Below are positions 46,601 through 60,700 of a stretch of 64,000 nt of DNA, in pieces. The stretch is from Monocercomonoides exilis PA203 (lineage: Eukaryota; Protista; Preaxostyla), in contig LSRY02000004.1 of NCBI GenBank assembly GCA_001643675.2, positions 248,001-312,000 on the forward strand. The letters run 5' to 3'. Every line of letters starts with the position of its first letter. Position 1 is the first letter of the stretch. The notes under the pieces were generated by a model. The model made no database searches, was not told where the DNA came from, and saw nothing but the letters and a program-made list of their open reading frames with translations. Position numbers and translations under genes: made by a program.

Positions 46601-49600
46601 GCTTTATCCTCCGCTCGTCCTGCTACACCCTCGCGGTCTCCCCTCGCTTCTCCACCCTCTGCCTTATTCCCTCCCTGCCCATCCTCCGCCCGGCCATTAT
46701 TCCCTGCGCCGCCCACCCGCTCGACCGGGCAGCGAGGGATTTTCTGGACAAGAGAGAGAGAGAGATACTGGCGAGGAGAGGGTCTGAGGACGAAGATAAG
46801 CTGCCTCTGGCTGAGATGGAGCCGATTCCGTCGTATTCTGCGCTTTTGGCAAAGAGAATGCAGAACTTGACAATCAGCACTCAACAACAGCAGCAAATGG
46901 GAAAGCCTGCTGTTCATTCAGAAAATGGAGGAATGAATGGAAACATGAATATGTCAGCTTCTATGCATTCTTCACCAACTGCGTCTGCTGCAAACATAAC
47001 TCCATCTTCATTGCAATCATCATCATCTTCCTCTTCCTCTTCCTCTTCTTCTCCTTCCTCTTCCTCATCATCCTCCTCCGCCACTTCTTCTCAACTCTCT
47101 TCATCTTCCCTGTCTTCCTCCCTCCCCACCCGCATTCTCCCCATCTCCCGTGCCCTCCTCAGCCTCCGCATGGACACCCTGTGCGAAGAGATGCAGTCGA
47201 TGTCTGAGCCCATCCACGCTGCCAACGTCATCCGCATCTTCTGCCCTTTCCCTGAAAAGTCCTTCCGAACTTCTGCCTCCTCCTCCGACCCCTCCCATCT
47301 GGTGCAGATGATCCGCTCCTCTTCGGCTGATTGCGTCTCCCCTTGCCCTTCCCCTTCTCACTCTCCCCCTCTCCTCTCCCCTCTCACTCAGCACCACAAT
47401 GCTTCTATTGCGAACAGCACAGCTTGTCAATTGTCACTCCCTTCATCATCATTACCATCATCATCATCTCCTTCTTCTTCTGCATCGTCTGGAACATCAC
47501 CTGCACACAATACAGAACTATCTGCCATATCCAGTGCTATTTCCACAGCCACTCCACTTTCTCCTTCCTCTCTGCCAGCCACTGGCACTTCTCCACAGAC
47601 ATCATCTCCCCCCCTCTCTCCCCCCAACAACCAGCACTCCACCTCACCCACACAGCGTTCTCCTTCTCTTTCCTCCTCCTCCTCCTCTCCTCCTCCCTTC
47701 ACCCCTCCCCCAGTCACCCCCTGCAGCGTCCTCTTCCCTCCTTCTTCTGTCCCTTCCCTCGCTGACGACGTCTTCGCCCGCTCTTCTCGCCACTTCGACG
47801 AGCCTTCCCGTTGGACACCTCCTCCTCTCCCTCCTCTTCCAGCGGGTGCTGTCAGACACACTTTATCTCATGTTGCTCCACCTTCTTCCCCTTTCCCTTG
47901 TTCTCCGGCTGCCTCTCTCTCTCCCTCTGCTTCTTCCTCTTCGTCTGCTTTTGCTTCTTCTTCTTCTTCTTCTTCTTCTGCCAGGCATTACTCTTCAAAC
48001 ACTGTCTCTTGGCCACTCTACCCTGCCATCAAGTTCGAGAATGACATGAGATACAATGTGCCTGCCTCTTGGCCACTTCCCATGAAACAGATAACATCTC
48101 CTGCTTCTTCTTCTTCTTCTTCCTCCTCCTCCTCTTCTTCTTACTCCTCTTCTTCTTCACCTCCTCTGATCTCTTCCTCATCTTCTGCTGCGTCTGATAA
48201 CACTATTCAAGATAACTCCTATTTGACTCCTCCTTCACTCTGCCCTCTTCGTTCAGTTGCAACCACAACATCTGTCACTTCTACATTATCTTCTACCTCT
48301 TCTACTTCTTCTTCTTCCTCCTCTTCCTCTTTCGTTTCTTCTTCAGCTTCTTCTTCCTTCTCCACTGCCTTCTCCGCTGTGCCAACTGTCATTAAACACA
48401 AAAGAACAACAGACAGCAACGATTTCGAGTCCACCTCTCAGCACACCTCTTCTGATGCATCCTCCAAATTCCACACAAACATTTCTCTTTCTCCTCGTCC
48501 CAGTGCTGGTCTGACTGTCCCCCATCCATATTCCATCCACCCCTTCTTCTCCAAATGCTCTCCTTCACTCCTCCACCGCTACATCACCTGGATCCACAAC
48601 AACTACCACACTTTTGCCACCTCCCGCCTCCTCACTGCCCATCCGCCTTATCTGCCCCGCTCCTTCCAGGAAACCCTCTTTCTGCTCAGAACACGACTGA
48701 AGAAGCTGTTCTCCTTACGAGACGAGCTCTTTGCCACGTTCTCTCTCCAGTCAGGGCAGAAAGAGTATGACACCCCTCTCACCATCCCTGTGCTCAACCC
48801 AGACTCCATCGACCCTTGCTATGCAATGAGCAGCTCAGGTGCAGCTGGGCTGACACCAGGTGCAATGGCCATTGTGCAGGACTTCCTCTCACAGCACGCA
48901 ACACCACCGTTCCCTGTGTTTGAGGCACCAGACTCGGCGAATGCAGAGAGGACGGAGGATGTTCTGAGGCAGTGGAGACAGAGGGCAGTGGTGAATGAGT
49001 GCATTGCACAGACTACGATGAAGATGGAGCTGCAGACTGAGCGAAAAGAATCACTGGAGAATCAGAATGACTTGTGGGTTGACCAAAAAACGAGCAAAGA
49101 AAAAGGAAAAAGCAGCAACACAGACAAACTCATCAGAGATTCCTTTGATGCGCCCACTGACTATCTGTCTCAACTGCAGTCATCTTGTTCCTCTTCTCCT
49201 CCTTCTCCTTCTCTGCCTCTCTCAGCCACTCTTCCCTTCAGCCACACACTCCATTTGGGTGTGGAGAGCGGATGGGGCGGTGGAATGGGCTATGTCTCTC
49301 CTGCACTCTCAGAGAACACTCTCACTCAGCTCCCTCAGACTGAGTTTGTGGCATCGTCCTTCACTCAAATGCAGCCAGCACTGCCTTCTCTGCTTTCTGC
49401 TCGCTCATCTTCCCTTTCGTCTGCTTCATCTGCCTCATCTTGCTGCCTCCCACCAATCAATCCTTCTCCTTCTGATGGAGCCACTTTCTCCCACTCCCCG
49501 TCTTCTCCTTCTTTCCTTCCTCCTTCAAAGACTGCTGCACTTGCCTCTGCCATCCGCTCGGTAGGTGTAACTCTTCCAAATCCATCTCCTTTGGCTCCTC

Positions 49601-52600
49601 TTCCTCCCTTCGGTGCGCCTTCTCCTCTTCCCAATCCAGATGACACTTCTCCTGCCCTTCCACACATGATGGCTTCGATGCCTTCAAACATCACTTCAGC
49701 TGCTTCAATCAGCTCTTCCTCCTCTTTTTCTCTTTCATCATCGTCTTCGTCTTCTCCTTCCTCCTCTTCCTCATCTTCTTCCTCATCTTCTTCTTTTCCA
49801 TCTCTTCGCCATTCCACTCTGCCTGTGCCTTCTCCTCCTCTCATCCCATCCATTCCCAATTATCTCCACCCAACACAAAGCACAACCCCCTTCGAGCGTT
49901 TGTATGCTGCCATGCTCCCAACAATCAACAAGGCAATTTATTCTCTGCTGCGTATGATGTATGTAGCCTTGCCTTCTTTCATGACGTCCTCCTCTTCCTC
50001 CTCCTCTTCTTCCACTTCTTCCTCTGCTTCTTATTCTTCAGCCTCGTCTTCAATCAGCGCAGGTGTTTCAGTCAAAGAAGGAGACTCTGTCACATCTGAG
50101 TCCTCACAGGCTGCACGAGATATCTGCTTCAACCAGATCCTCAGCCACGAGAACGCACACACAATGTGCTCGTCCTACCAGTGCCGCCCCGATCATCCAG
50201 CTGCTGTTGTCTATTTTCCTGTGCTGGAGAAAGTGCATAAATGCAAACATTCAAATGAAATTGTCTCTTCTTCTGCAGACTGCAAAGAAGACAACAAAAC
50301 AGACAAAGCAAAAGAAGTTAAAAAAGCAGCCAAGTCCTCTTCGTCCAGTTCTGAGGCATCTCAAAGAGAAGAATGCGAATACAAGATCAGATATGTGGTG
50401 TATGCACAGCATCCCCTCAAATCCACACTCGGCCCACTCGGCACGGCAGACTGGGCGTATGTCATAGACACACCTCCACTCCTGTCTAAGAGAGACAGCC
50501 AGGTGTCTTCACAGAGCATTCCCCTCTCTGCCATCTGCGAGCACCACTGCCTATGCTTCTACTGCCTGCTGAACAGGCTGAAGGAGAAGCAACAGAAGTC
50601 ATCACTCACTTTCTCCACTCCCGTCAGCTCTCCTTCCTTCTCTTCTCCTCTTAACCTCTCCTCCTCTGCACATCTCTCGCTCCACCCACCCACCTCCTTC
50701 ACTCAGTATGCCTCTGCCATCTCTTCCTCCTTCCCTCGCCCTTCCATCTCCCGTGCCAGCGACGACGAGCACAGAAGACATCTCCATGTGCTCGCAAAGG
50801 CTGCCTGTGCGTCGATGCTGCTGCTGCTGAAGAGCGGGCGCAATGCCTCGATCATTCCCTTTGAGCACATCTCGCAGATACTCGTAGACAGAAACTGCAT
50901 CCTGCTATTTGTCAGATATATCAACCACAACATCGCCAATGCACTGAAGCCTGAAAAGGACGTGACTTACAAAAAGTGTGTATTATTTATCATTTGAATG
51001 TTCTTATATCTATTTTATATAAATAATAATAATTTAATTAAATCATCTTTTAAATATTCATTTTTGTGCTTGTATTGATTCAACAGACGAGGATTGTATC
51101 CTTATGGAGTTGTTATGCAAAACAGCGCATTTCTCTATTTGCCATCGTCCATGGCATCACAAACAGAATCACCCGACAGCGAAGTTGCTGGCACTCTTCC
51201 AGAAAAGTTGATTAATCCTTCGGCATCATCATCTTCTTCTGCTACTACTTCTTCTTCAGCAGCAGCGGCAGAATCTCCTTCAAATTCAAAAGAGCAAACA
51301 ACACAAATTGAAACTGTCCACAACAAGTATGCTTCGCTAAACAAAGAAGATTTAGTTTCGTTGCATTACCTTCGAGATCACTGGTGGCGAGGTGTTTATT
51401 TCAGTGACGATACAATCGAAGCACACAGCTTCCAAACAGCTTTGTTGCAGTCTCAAACAAACATCCGCTCCAAAACTTGTTCGGCGTTATCTACAGCTTC
51501 CTCACAACCATCAACATCATATTCCTCCTCCTCATCTTCTTCCTCTGCTTATTCATCACCATCTCCTTCATTCATTGGAGCTTATTCTCAAACATCTAAA
51601 TTGAACGAGTATGTCGATGACGATGAAGAAGAAGAATATTCTTCTTCTTCCGCTTTCCTTCGTTCTGGTCAAGCTCAGCTTGCGAATCGCCGAAGAACAG
51701 TTTCTTTACCACATCAGTCTGGTCTTCCTTCTCCATCGTCCTTTGCAGCAGCACCCAGACACTCAATAGCATCTACCTCAGCATCATCTGCAATTAACTT
51801 GCTTATGAACTCGCCGCTACCTCAATCACCTTCGTCTGTTCGGATGTGCTCGCCTTTGACTCCTTTATCACTCACAGGAAACTCCCCGTCTTTGGCTGAC
51901 TACACACGCACAGGCAGAATAAGCGAGCAAGACCAATACCTCACACAGCAGGTGTACATAAACAGCTGCCTGACTCAGCAGCCATCACACGTGCCCTCTC
52001 GCTTCAGCATTGGACACTCGCCTGTATTCCTTTCAGCACTTCCTGATCCGAACCAGCCGTTTGTGGATGACAGTGAGGGCGATCTGTTCAGGCTGACTCC
52101 AGATGCTCCTCCGGTTGAGAGGTTTTTTATGTATCTGGACTCATCCAACCGGAGAGACGTGAGACTCAAGCGAGGCATCTGGAAACAGTGTCAGTGGGAT
52201 GCAGCGTTTGTGTTTGTGAATGTGCTGCGCATTCTGCTGAAGGTGGTGAAGGGATATCCGCCGCGCATCCAGTGGCTGATGTACTACAAAGGCCATGCTG
52301 TCATCCCCAGAGTATTCACCATCAGCATCCCATCTCTTCAGTTTGTGGGGTATCGCATCATGAAGGAGATGGTGAAGTACCTTGGAGAGAAATGGCAGCT
52401 TCAGAACCTTCCCATAATCAGTGCAATCCATCTAGCTGTTCCATTCTCATTGGGAGACTCCTGGAGAGAATGGATGGGCGTAGATTCAGAAGAGGAAAAG
52501 AGCAGACAAGCGACTGGAGGAAGTGAGATAAGGGATTATTTTGCTACCTTCACAAGAGAAAACTACCCCATCTACTTTAGCGAGCCTAAAGAAAAAGAAA

Positions 52601-52623
52601 TTAATGATGAATCAAAACCTTGA
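43606..52623 (+). CDS. FAR11: STRIPAK subunit STRIP1/2 (Far11/FAM40) homolog with massive Ser-rich insertions (~2922 aa)
   Basis: Exons 43606-43620, 43675-43801, 43886-50975 and 51087-52623. N1221-like start YDFEYADEQDHWSE. DUF3402-like blocks RRHLHVLAKAACASMLLLLK...FEHISQILVDRNCILLFVRYIN and WDAAFVFVNVLRILLKVVK...KYLGEKWQLQNLPIISAIHLAVPFSLGDSW, matching the conserved STRIP/Far11 C-terminal pattern. Confidence 0.87.
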
Positions 52624-52738
52624 AATTGAAAATGAAAATTTCAATTATGTTGTTTGGCTTAAAATATAAAAAGTATTTTGATTTTCTTTCTTTCATTTTT
52701 TTTTTAAAAAAAGACAAAATAGTTCCATTAAAAATTCT

Positions 52739-54727
52739 GCTTTGTTGTTAAATATTATGTTTTCATTCTTAATGATGCGAATGTTAAAAAAAAAAAAAAC
52801 TGAAAAAGATGACTATTTTTCTGATTTCAAGAAAGCAAAATACACACAAATCGGTCAAAAGTGACACACTAATCGAAATAAGATGATAATCAAAACCACC
52901 AAAAAAATCTCTTCCAAATGCATGATGGCTGCACATATCTCAAAACACAAGTGAACGAAAAAGATGGAATAACAAATAATTCAAGATAGACATGCCAAAA
53001 CGAAAAAAAAAAAGATTAAAAGAAAAGAAAAAATAACTATGATATACAACACAAAATATTAATACACAAAATACAAAACTGAAAACAGAAGGTAAAAAAA
53101 GATAAGAAAAAGAAAGAAGGAAGGAAGGAAATCGAAAAAAGATGGTTGGATTGAAAGAAAGATGGAAACGCTCAATTGTCACCCAGCAACATTTTTCAAA
53201 ACAAAACAAAACAAAAAATCGATTATCGAAACAACAAACTGCTTATTCTTCCAAAGCTCTGCCATTTTCATTCGAAATTCTCTTTTCCCCCACACTTTCG
53301 GATCAGCCGGATCGCCCCATCGCTGTCAACTGTATAAGAGCATGCCTCCGATCCCTCATTGTTTCCAGCACACGCTTCAACAACGTCGATCGCATCCGAC
53401 GCAGTCAGCATCGTTGCTCCATTCGGAAATCTTTCGATAAACTCTTTCTTCAGCTCCACCAAGCTCAGCCTCTCTGACCCTCCACCCGACAAGCACTTCT
53501 GAACCATCCAGAAATACTTCGACCCCCGAATCATCTCGCTCCTCGGCCTTTCTCCTTTCACAATCTTGTCTCCCGCAATCACTGCCTCATACTCCCCAAA
53601 CGGGATCTGCAGTGTCAGGCACTCCCACAGCATCATCCCAATCGAGAATGCAACAGTCTTCTTCGTCGCCTGCTTCTTTGCCCCGCTCAGCAGCTCAGGC
53701 GCCATCCACCTCAGACACTCTTTTTTGAAATCATTCTCATCCTCAAACGCTGACGAGGGCAGAGAGTCTTCGCTATCATCACTGGCAGATGTCACAACAG
53801 TCGACGAAGAGATCGATGATGAGTCTGAACTGTCACCAGATGAAAGCAAATCAGAGTGCATCACAATGCAGATCACCATGTGCTCAGAGAACAGCACAAT
53901 GTGCGGGCTCAGATTCGCAAGTGACTGAAGCTTGTTTTCCATCTCATCAAACGAGTGGAGCGCAAGATTCGCCACCCAGAACAGGATCTGCGCAGCTGTC
54001 ACTTCTCTCTCCTCCAGCGACCCGATCGGCATCTCCTTTGTCTTGTTCCTTCCATGCAGCAGCATGAACAGCGAATCCCTCAGATCCACAATCAGCTTCT
54101 CATGAGGAGATGAGCAGGCCATTGCATCCACCAGATTCGACATCGACGAGGTGGTTGGACACAGATCCTCCCCTCGAACAAATGTGGAATCTGAATCAGT
54201 CGTTGAAGTGGTTGAAGCGGATGAGATGGATGGTGATGGTGTTCGCTTTCTTGTTTCCTCCTCTTCTTTTTCGTCAACCTTCTCCAGCATCCATTCAGGA
54301 ATCTTATCTGAGTCTCTTCCCAATATGTATTCTGTCGATCCACTCTCAGAAAGAAGGTGCTCTGATGACTCTGAATGTCCCAAGCTATTTTCATACACTC
54401 TCTTCTTGATCCTCTCTTCATTCTTCTTCTCAGCCTCTCTCTCAGCCCTCCTCCACTGCTCCTCAGGTGACATCTCCATCGTAACCATCTCAAACGCCTT
54501 CGGATCCTTCCTCACTGTGTCTTCCACAATCACCTCCAGCTCTTTTGTCCTTCTCTTCTGCTTTCTCCATCGAACAGCCAGAACAACGGCAACTATAAGA
54601 ACAATCAACAAAATTATTACCAACACAATTATAATCACAGTTGAAGAAGAACCATATCCTTTTCCACTTTCAACAGGTTTTCCATCTCCATTTGCTTTCG
54701 GATTGCTTCCGTTCTTCAGGACAAATG
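52739..54727 (-). repeat. Right arm of ~2 kb inverted repeat (receptor B TM, tail and 3' flank)
   Basis: Reverse-complement copy of ~25495-27496. Confidence 0.9.
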
Positions 54728-57700
54728 AATCAGTGGCCGATAGAGAATCGGCACTTCCAAACAAAATGCACACCCTCACTTCTGCTTCACTTGGCACGCC
54801 TTCAATTGTCTTGACAGGTACAGACCCATGCACCTCTTCCTCTGATATGAAACCGCTTGCATCAAACAAATATTTCTCAACCACCTCCTCATCCCCAATC
54901 GCTGCAACTGTCTTGAACGAGAGGTTGCAAGGGAGGAGAACCGATCCTCTGAACGCAACGTCCACCTTCTCCCCTGACGTTTCCGATGATACGCTCTCCA
55001 CTTTCGGGATGAAAAATGCAGATGCCCTTTCTTTCGCTATTCCTTCCAGCGTGCATCCTTCATCCAATATCCACAGCGACGTATTTCTTTCCCATCCATC
55101 CCCTCCTTTCAAACTCGTAACTTTCAATTTTGCTGATTTTCCACACAAAATATTCCGCCTTGCCGATCCATAATTCGCTATTGATGGATTGTTGTTCATG
55201 AATTCTCCTTTCTCAATCTCCACATTTCCTCCTGACAAGGAAAGCCCTCCATTTTCTGAATTTGCCAGTGTCGAATCCTTCATCAATCCGGAGCAATTTT
55301 GAAGATCAACCATCGACCCATTCCATTGGCACACATTTTCGAAAGAATCTTCGTTTATTCCAAACTCTTGCGTGCTTGCTGCTCCATCAAATGCACATAA
55401 AGATAAGTTTGCATCAGCTAAATATGTCAAAGTCACAATTCTCCCTTTATCTGAGGAAGAGTTGCATTTTTGGCTGGTGCAGTTCTCCAACTCCACTAAC
55501 AAAGACGAAGAAGAAGAAGAAGAAGAAGAAGAAGAAAAACAGCACGGACCAAGCGAATTTCTGGTAATATTTTGATATGATGATTGCTTCAACCTGAATT
55601 CTGATTCATTTGATTTCACGTTCACTGCACATCCTTCCATAAGCATCGCGTTGGAAATGGCCAAGAAATTCATCTCAACATTTGCATCTTCGCATTCTAC
55701 AGAAAGCAAAGATTCCTTTGAAACGAGTGTATTGTCGAATTCCAGGTGGCTGCACCTGATGTTTGAATGGCCTCCTGAACCATCTGAGGAAAACACAATT
55801 AAGCTTGCTTTGCTCTCGGCATTTCTGATTTGAATTTTCTGAAGCTGAGAGTCTTTGCAGCTCCGAAGGATGAGAGCTGATCGATCAAACATGCAGCTGG
55901 AAACAAGCACTTGCTGCATAGAAAGGTTCACCAGATTGTGAAAATCAAATAGCTTTCCAGAATTCACATCAGAAATGTTCAGGTCCATAAACAAGCAATA
56001 CTCCCCACGACTTGCTGCCAGGCATGAAGAACTGAGACAGAGGCCTGCAAAACGGCAGTAAGAAATCGTCAATCTTCCACCGCTCATTTCAACAATCGAG
56101 CAATTCAGTTCAATTTCAGAGTTTCTATCAGAAGCTTCTTGAGCAAAGATTGTGTCTGCAATCGACAAGTTGCCATCAGTCAGCGATATTAAGCTGGAAT
56201 GAGAAGAAGTAAAAGTGCTTCCAAACAAAAATGTTAGAAATTCAATTTTCACTCTCGACGAACATGCAACGAGACTGTTCGTCTTGCTCTCGATGGAGCA
56301 GTTCAGGTGGAGCACCCCTTTGTCGCTTTCCTGCTCCAGCGACTTGATCGTCACATCACGTGCACTTGCTTCGCCAGACACCAGCGCATTTTTGTCGATG
56401 AGCAAATTGCTATAAGCAGATGGAATGATGTGTGACAACGCAACATTCAATGAAGAACATGTCCCGCTGATTGCACCACACTGAAGCGTGTCAGAGGCGT
56501 TATCAGCTGAAGAAGACGCAAATATCGTCTCGCTCTGATACACAACAATCAGCTCTAACAAATCTTCTTCGTCATAATAATTCTGTGCGGTGCATCCCCA
56601 CATTGCAAGATCCCGAACAAACGGAGGTCTGAAGTCGAGCTGGAAAAGTTCAATGCTGATTTGTGATTCGATATTTGTGCATCTCACGTACAGGTCTCGT
56701 CCTGTAAACGCCATGTTGCCAAAGAAAGTTGTGTTTTCCAAGAGGAACGGCAAAGGACCATCGCTCGTGATTGATGAACAATCCAGAAATATTGCGCCTC
56801 CTCTTCCAGTTGCAGAGCAGAAACATCCAGAGATAGCTGAAAAACTGCACTCAAAAAAGCCTCCTTCGCTTAGGCTCATAATCATTCCTCCACCGCTCTC
56901 ACTTTGGCTGCTTCCACTGTTCTTGATCGATGTGTTTTGCATAGACACACCGCAAGGCTCGCTGCCAGTGCAGCTGATGATGGAGGGCTCATATGGTGCA
57001 TTTTGGAGAAGCGAATGGAGCGTGCAGCATCTCAGTTGCACTGTTGGACTGCTGCCTTCATTCAATCTCTGCGACTCGCCTCTCCACTCAGCCTGCGCCA
57101 ACACTGCCACAATGCTTTTGCCCATCAGTTCCATGTTGCTCATCGAAACATTCGTCCAGTCAATGCTGCTCTCATGTGAGGCTATCAGAATGTGACTTTC
57201 GGCTTTGATGGACTGGAACGAGCAGAATGACAGTTCGCATGTTCCAGACAGGCAGGCAACGATGCAATAAGGAATGGCTGCCTCAGAAGTGCTGGTAAAT
57301 GAGCAGCTTTGAGCAGCAAAAGAGTTACCAGTCGAGCTAATCAGCTTCGTCTGCTTCCATTCAGATCCATCCCCGCAGCAGATCTCAATGTTAATGAGGG
57401 TGCATGTGCCGGTGTTTGTCAGCACAGAATCGCTTTCTTCTTCCTTTCCTGCCTGAGGTGAAATGGCTGCTCCAAAAGTCAGAGTTGGACATGACCCTGT
57501 ACCAGTAGAGGTCAGAGTATTGTTTGAAATGTTGACTTCGCAATCCACTAGAACTTCATCGATAATCACGAAAGTGTTCATGCTTGGTTGAGCTGGCTCA
57601 TCAAATAGACAAAAATGCTTCTGCCCATACTCCATTGTTGCGCATGGCTCTTCTCCACTCCCACATCTGAGGACATCCCACCCGCTGTTCTTGCTGAGAT

Positions 57701-60700
57701 GGATTTCTTGAGAAGCATATCCAATCAGAAATCGGCACAGATCGAAGTTTGTTTTTGTGGTGTCGTTCCCGACGAACAAGTTTGTGTCGCTTGCTGTCTC
57801 ACTCACTTCAAATGTCAATGTCTGCTTTGTGATGGAAACGTTCAGATCTGACGAGAGAAAGAACATGTTTTTCCCGTGCTTTGCAGAGCACTGATCGAAG
57901 GCTATCTGCTGGAAGGAGAACGCGTTGGAAGCGGAGCAGTCGAAATAGATGCCTCCTCCTTTTCCGGCTGTTTCACATTCAGCGCAGCATTTCGTGAATG
58001 TGACGTTCTCCATCGTAAATTGGGATTCAGCTTCGATAACAATTTTCATTGCACCTCCCTCCATGCTCTCAGCACCTTTGGCATTCGTGACATTCCAGTG
58101 CAAACACTCAATATGGCTCGAAATTGGAGATGAAATTAATGCAGCGCTGTTTGCGTTGCCATTAGTTATCCCTTCGAAAGAACATGAAGCAAGAGATATG
58201 ATCCCACTGCTCGTTGCGGCATCATTCAGAAGTTTGGATGTTGAGGATAGAATCACATGGATGAGGGGCTGATAGCCAATGTCTGTGTTTTTCACATTCA
58301 ATGAAATAATCGTTCTTGGAGTGCTTGTGTCGCTCTCGCACACGGCTATGGGTGCGTGCTGAAGGCAGTCAAAACTCAAGGTGCAGCTGTCGATATTTAG
58401 TATTCCTCCACAAATCTGAAACAGCCAGTAACCTATCTGTTCGAGCTCTCCCTGTTGAATCTCGAATGCGCACTTTGTCAGCGACAGGTTGCTTTCAGAA
58501 GTCAAGAATATCAATGTTTCGATCCCAGAATCAAATGAAGAAGGAAGAAAAAAGCAGATTGACTCGATGGATGTGTTCCCTGTAGCAGCCATTACTTTTC
58601 CACTCAACGCATTCAGCGATTTGATGCAAGTGATTTCGGCTTTTGATGCGTTTGACGACCTCAAGATCAAATTGGGATAATTCAGTTCGCTTTCAATTAT
58701 CGCTGATTCAACGACAGCTACTGCCTTTGCATTTTCCTCTTCCAGTCTCTCCATGCAATAATCAACTGACTGGCACGGATAATCAGAGAACCCACACACA
58801 ACAGAATCAGCTCCATCATCGCTTCCAACATGGATTGTACTTCCAACTTCCTCAAAAAACAGAACCAACGGAATTGAATGCTCATGATCATTTCCATTGA
58901 ACCCACGCAAATCATCGAAGGAGCTGTGTCCCAATGAACAAGCAAAAGGAAGCGTTGCTTTTGTGATCGATTCCTTCAGGTTCGGGGATTGAGCAAACAA
59001 GTCGTTTCCATGCTTCGCTTTGTTTGGCTTTTCTGAAGAAAATGATGGATTTGTGATGACAAATGCTGCATCAGAGTGCTCAAGATTCAGAAAAATCCCT
59101 CCCCCGAATCCCTCCTGCGAACCGAAAGGCGCCTCGCATTCTTCGAACGAACATGAAGAAATTGTTGCTGAACATGTGTTTGGCAGCGAGAGGAACAGCG
59201 CCCCACCTCCATTTCCATCACCTGAAACAATACAATGCTCAAAGGCGCATCCGCTTATTGAAGCATCGCAGCCATCCTCAAACCCTTCTCTCCACACAGC
59301 ATTCAGGCATCCTCCGTTCTGCTCGCTCTCAACATTCAAAAAAGAAGCATTCGAAAGAGAGACAGTCTTGCAATCCGACAAAGCAATTGCACAGCCTTGC
59401 GAAAATGAAAATCCAGAGACATTCACAAATTCCATCGTCAACGAACCTTCATCAACCTGAATCAGGGATTTTGTTGATGGCTGTGCTAATTGGAAGCTTT
59501 TAGTGAAACTACACAGCTCCAACTGAATTGAGCCTGAGGAGCCGACTGCAATCGCAGATCGGTTGAACACACAAACAAATTGAATCCTCTTTGCATTCAG
59601 CGAACCATTGCCAATGGAGATCAAGCAGTCTGTTGATGAGGCTTCGTTGCACTTTATTGCAGATGAGTTGTTCTCTGCCCCGCTGAGAATGATATTTCTC
59701 CATTCAATGTCAATCATATCTTCTTTGAATTCTTCACTGGCCATAAAAACATTCTGCCTCAAATATGAATTCCATCTTGTAACTCCATATTCCACCGTTT
59801 GGCATTCCGAACCTGTTTCTCCACATGTGTCCATATTTCTTCCAGAATTGCTGATGTGTATTTCTGGCTGAGCTGTTGGCAGATATGAATCATATTGAAC
59901 ACCTTTATCTCCGCAGTCCAATGCATATTCAGAACACTGAACAACTTTTCTTGGAGCTGTTGAAAGAGAAAAGCATTGCAATATCTGAATTGTATTTCCC
60001 AAGCTAAATCCATTTCCTATATAAATATCTGCTGCATGCGTCGATTTCCGCACCGTGTTGTTTTCAAATAAGCAAAACTGAATTTTTTCATTTTTGTTAT
60101 AAGTATTATTCGTTGTGTCAAAGCCACCTGCTCCAAATGGAGAATCTCCTTTTAATAAGTAACAATTTGACATTACAAAATCAGTCCTTGGTTCTTGAAG
60201 AAATACGGTTCCAGCATAGTATCTAAATGTGCTGCTGCTTTTAAATACAGAGTTGTAAAGTGATCCACTTGCTCCTTCATCCCATACGACACTTCCTCCA
60301 AAAGCTGCTGAACAGTTTTCAAAAAAACAGCCAATTATCAGAGAAAAACTATTTGTACTATGTGCAAATGCTCCTCCGATAGAACTGGCTCCCATTCCTC
60401 TGCAATTATTAAAAATTGAATTCTCAATGCTACAATCGCTTCCATTGCTAAATATTGCACCTCCATATCCATATGGATCTGGAAATGTATCAACACATTC
60501 TGCAAACAAGCATTTGTCAACGGTGAGCTTTGCACTGCCTTTAACTGCAATTGCACCACCATAAGAGGCACTGCATTCGGTGAAATTGCAATCTTCGAAT
60601 TTGATATCACCTTCTGGAAATGATTGCGTTTTATTTGTATAAATCTGGTGAGAAATTGTGTTTTTCGAACGAATGAAAGAAGTGTTCGAGGAGCCAAAGC

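Noticed and set aside
10739-52623. Sec3, RhoGEF and STRIPAK genes as a polarity or trafficking gene cluster
   Set aside because: Interspersed with unrelated genes in mixed orientation; no evidence of co-regulation beyond the RhoGEF/STRIP divergent pair.
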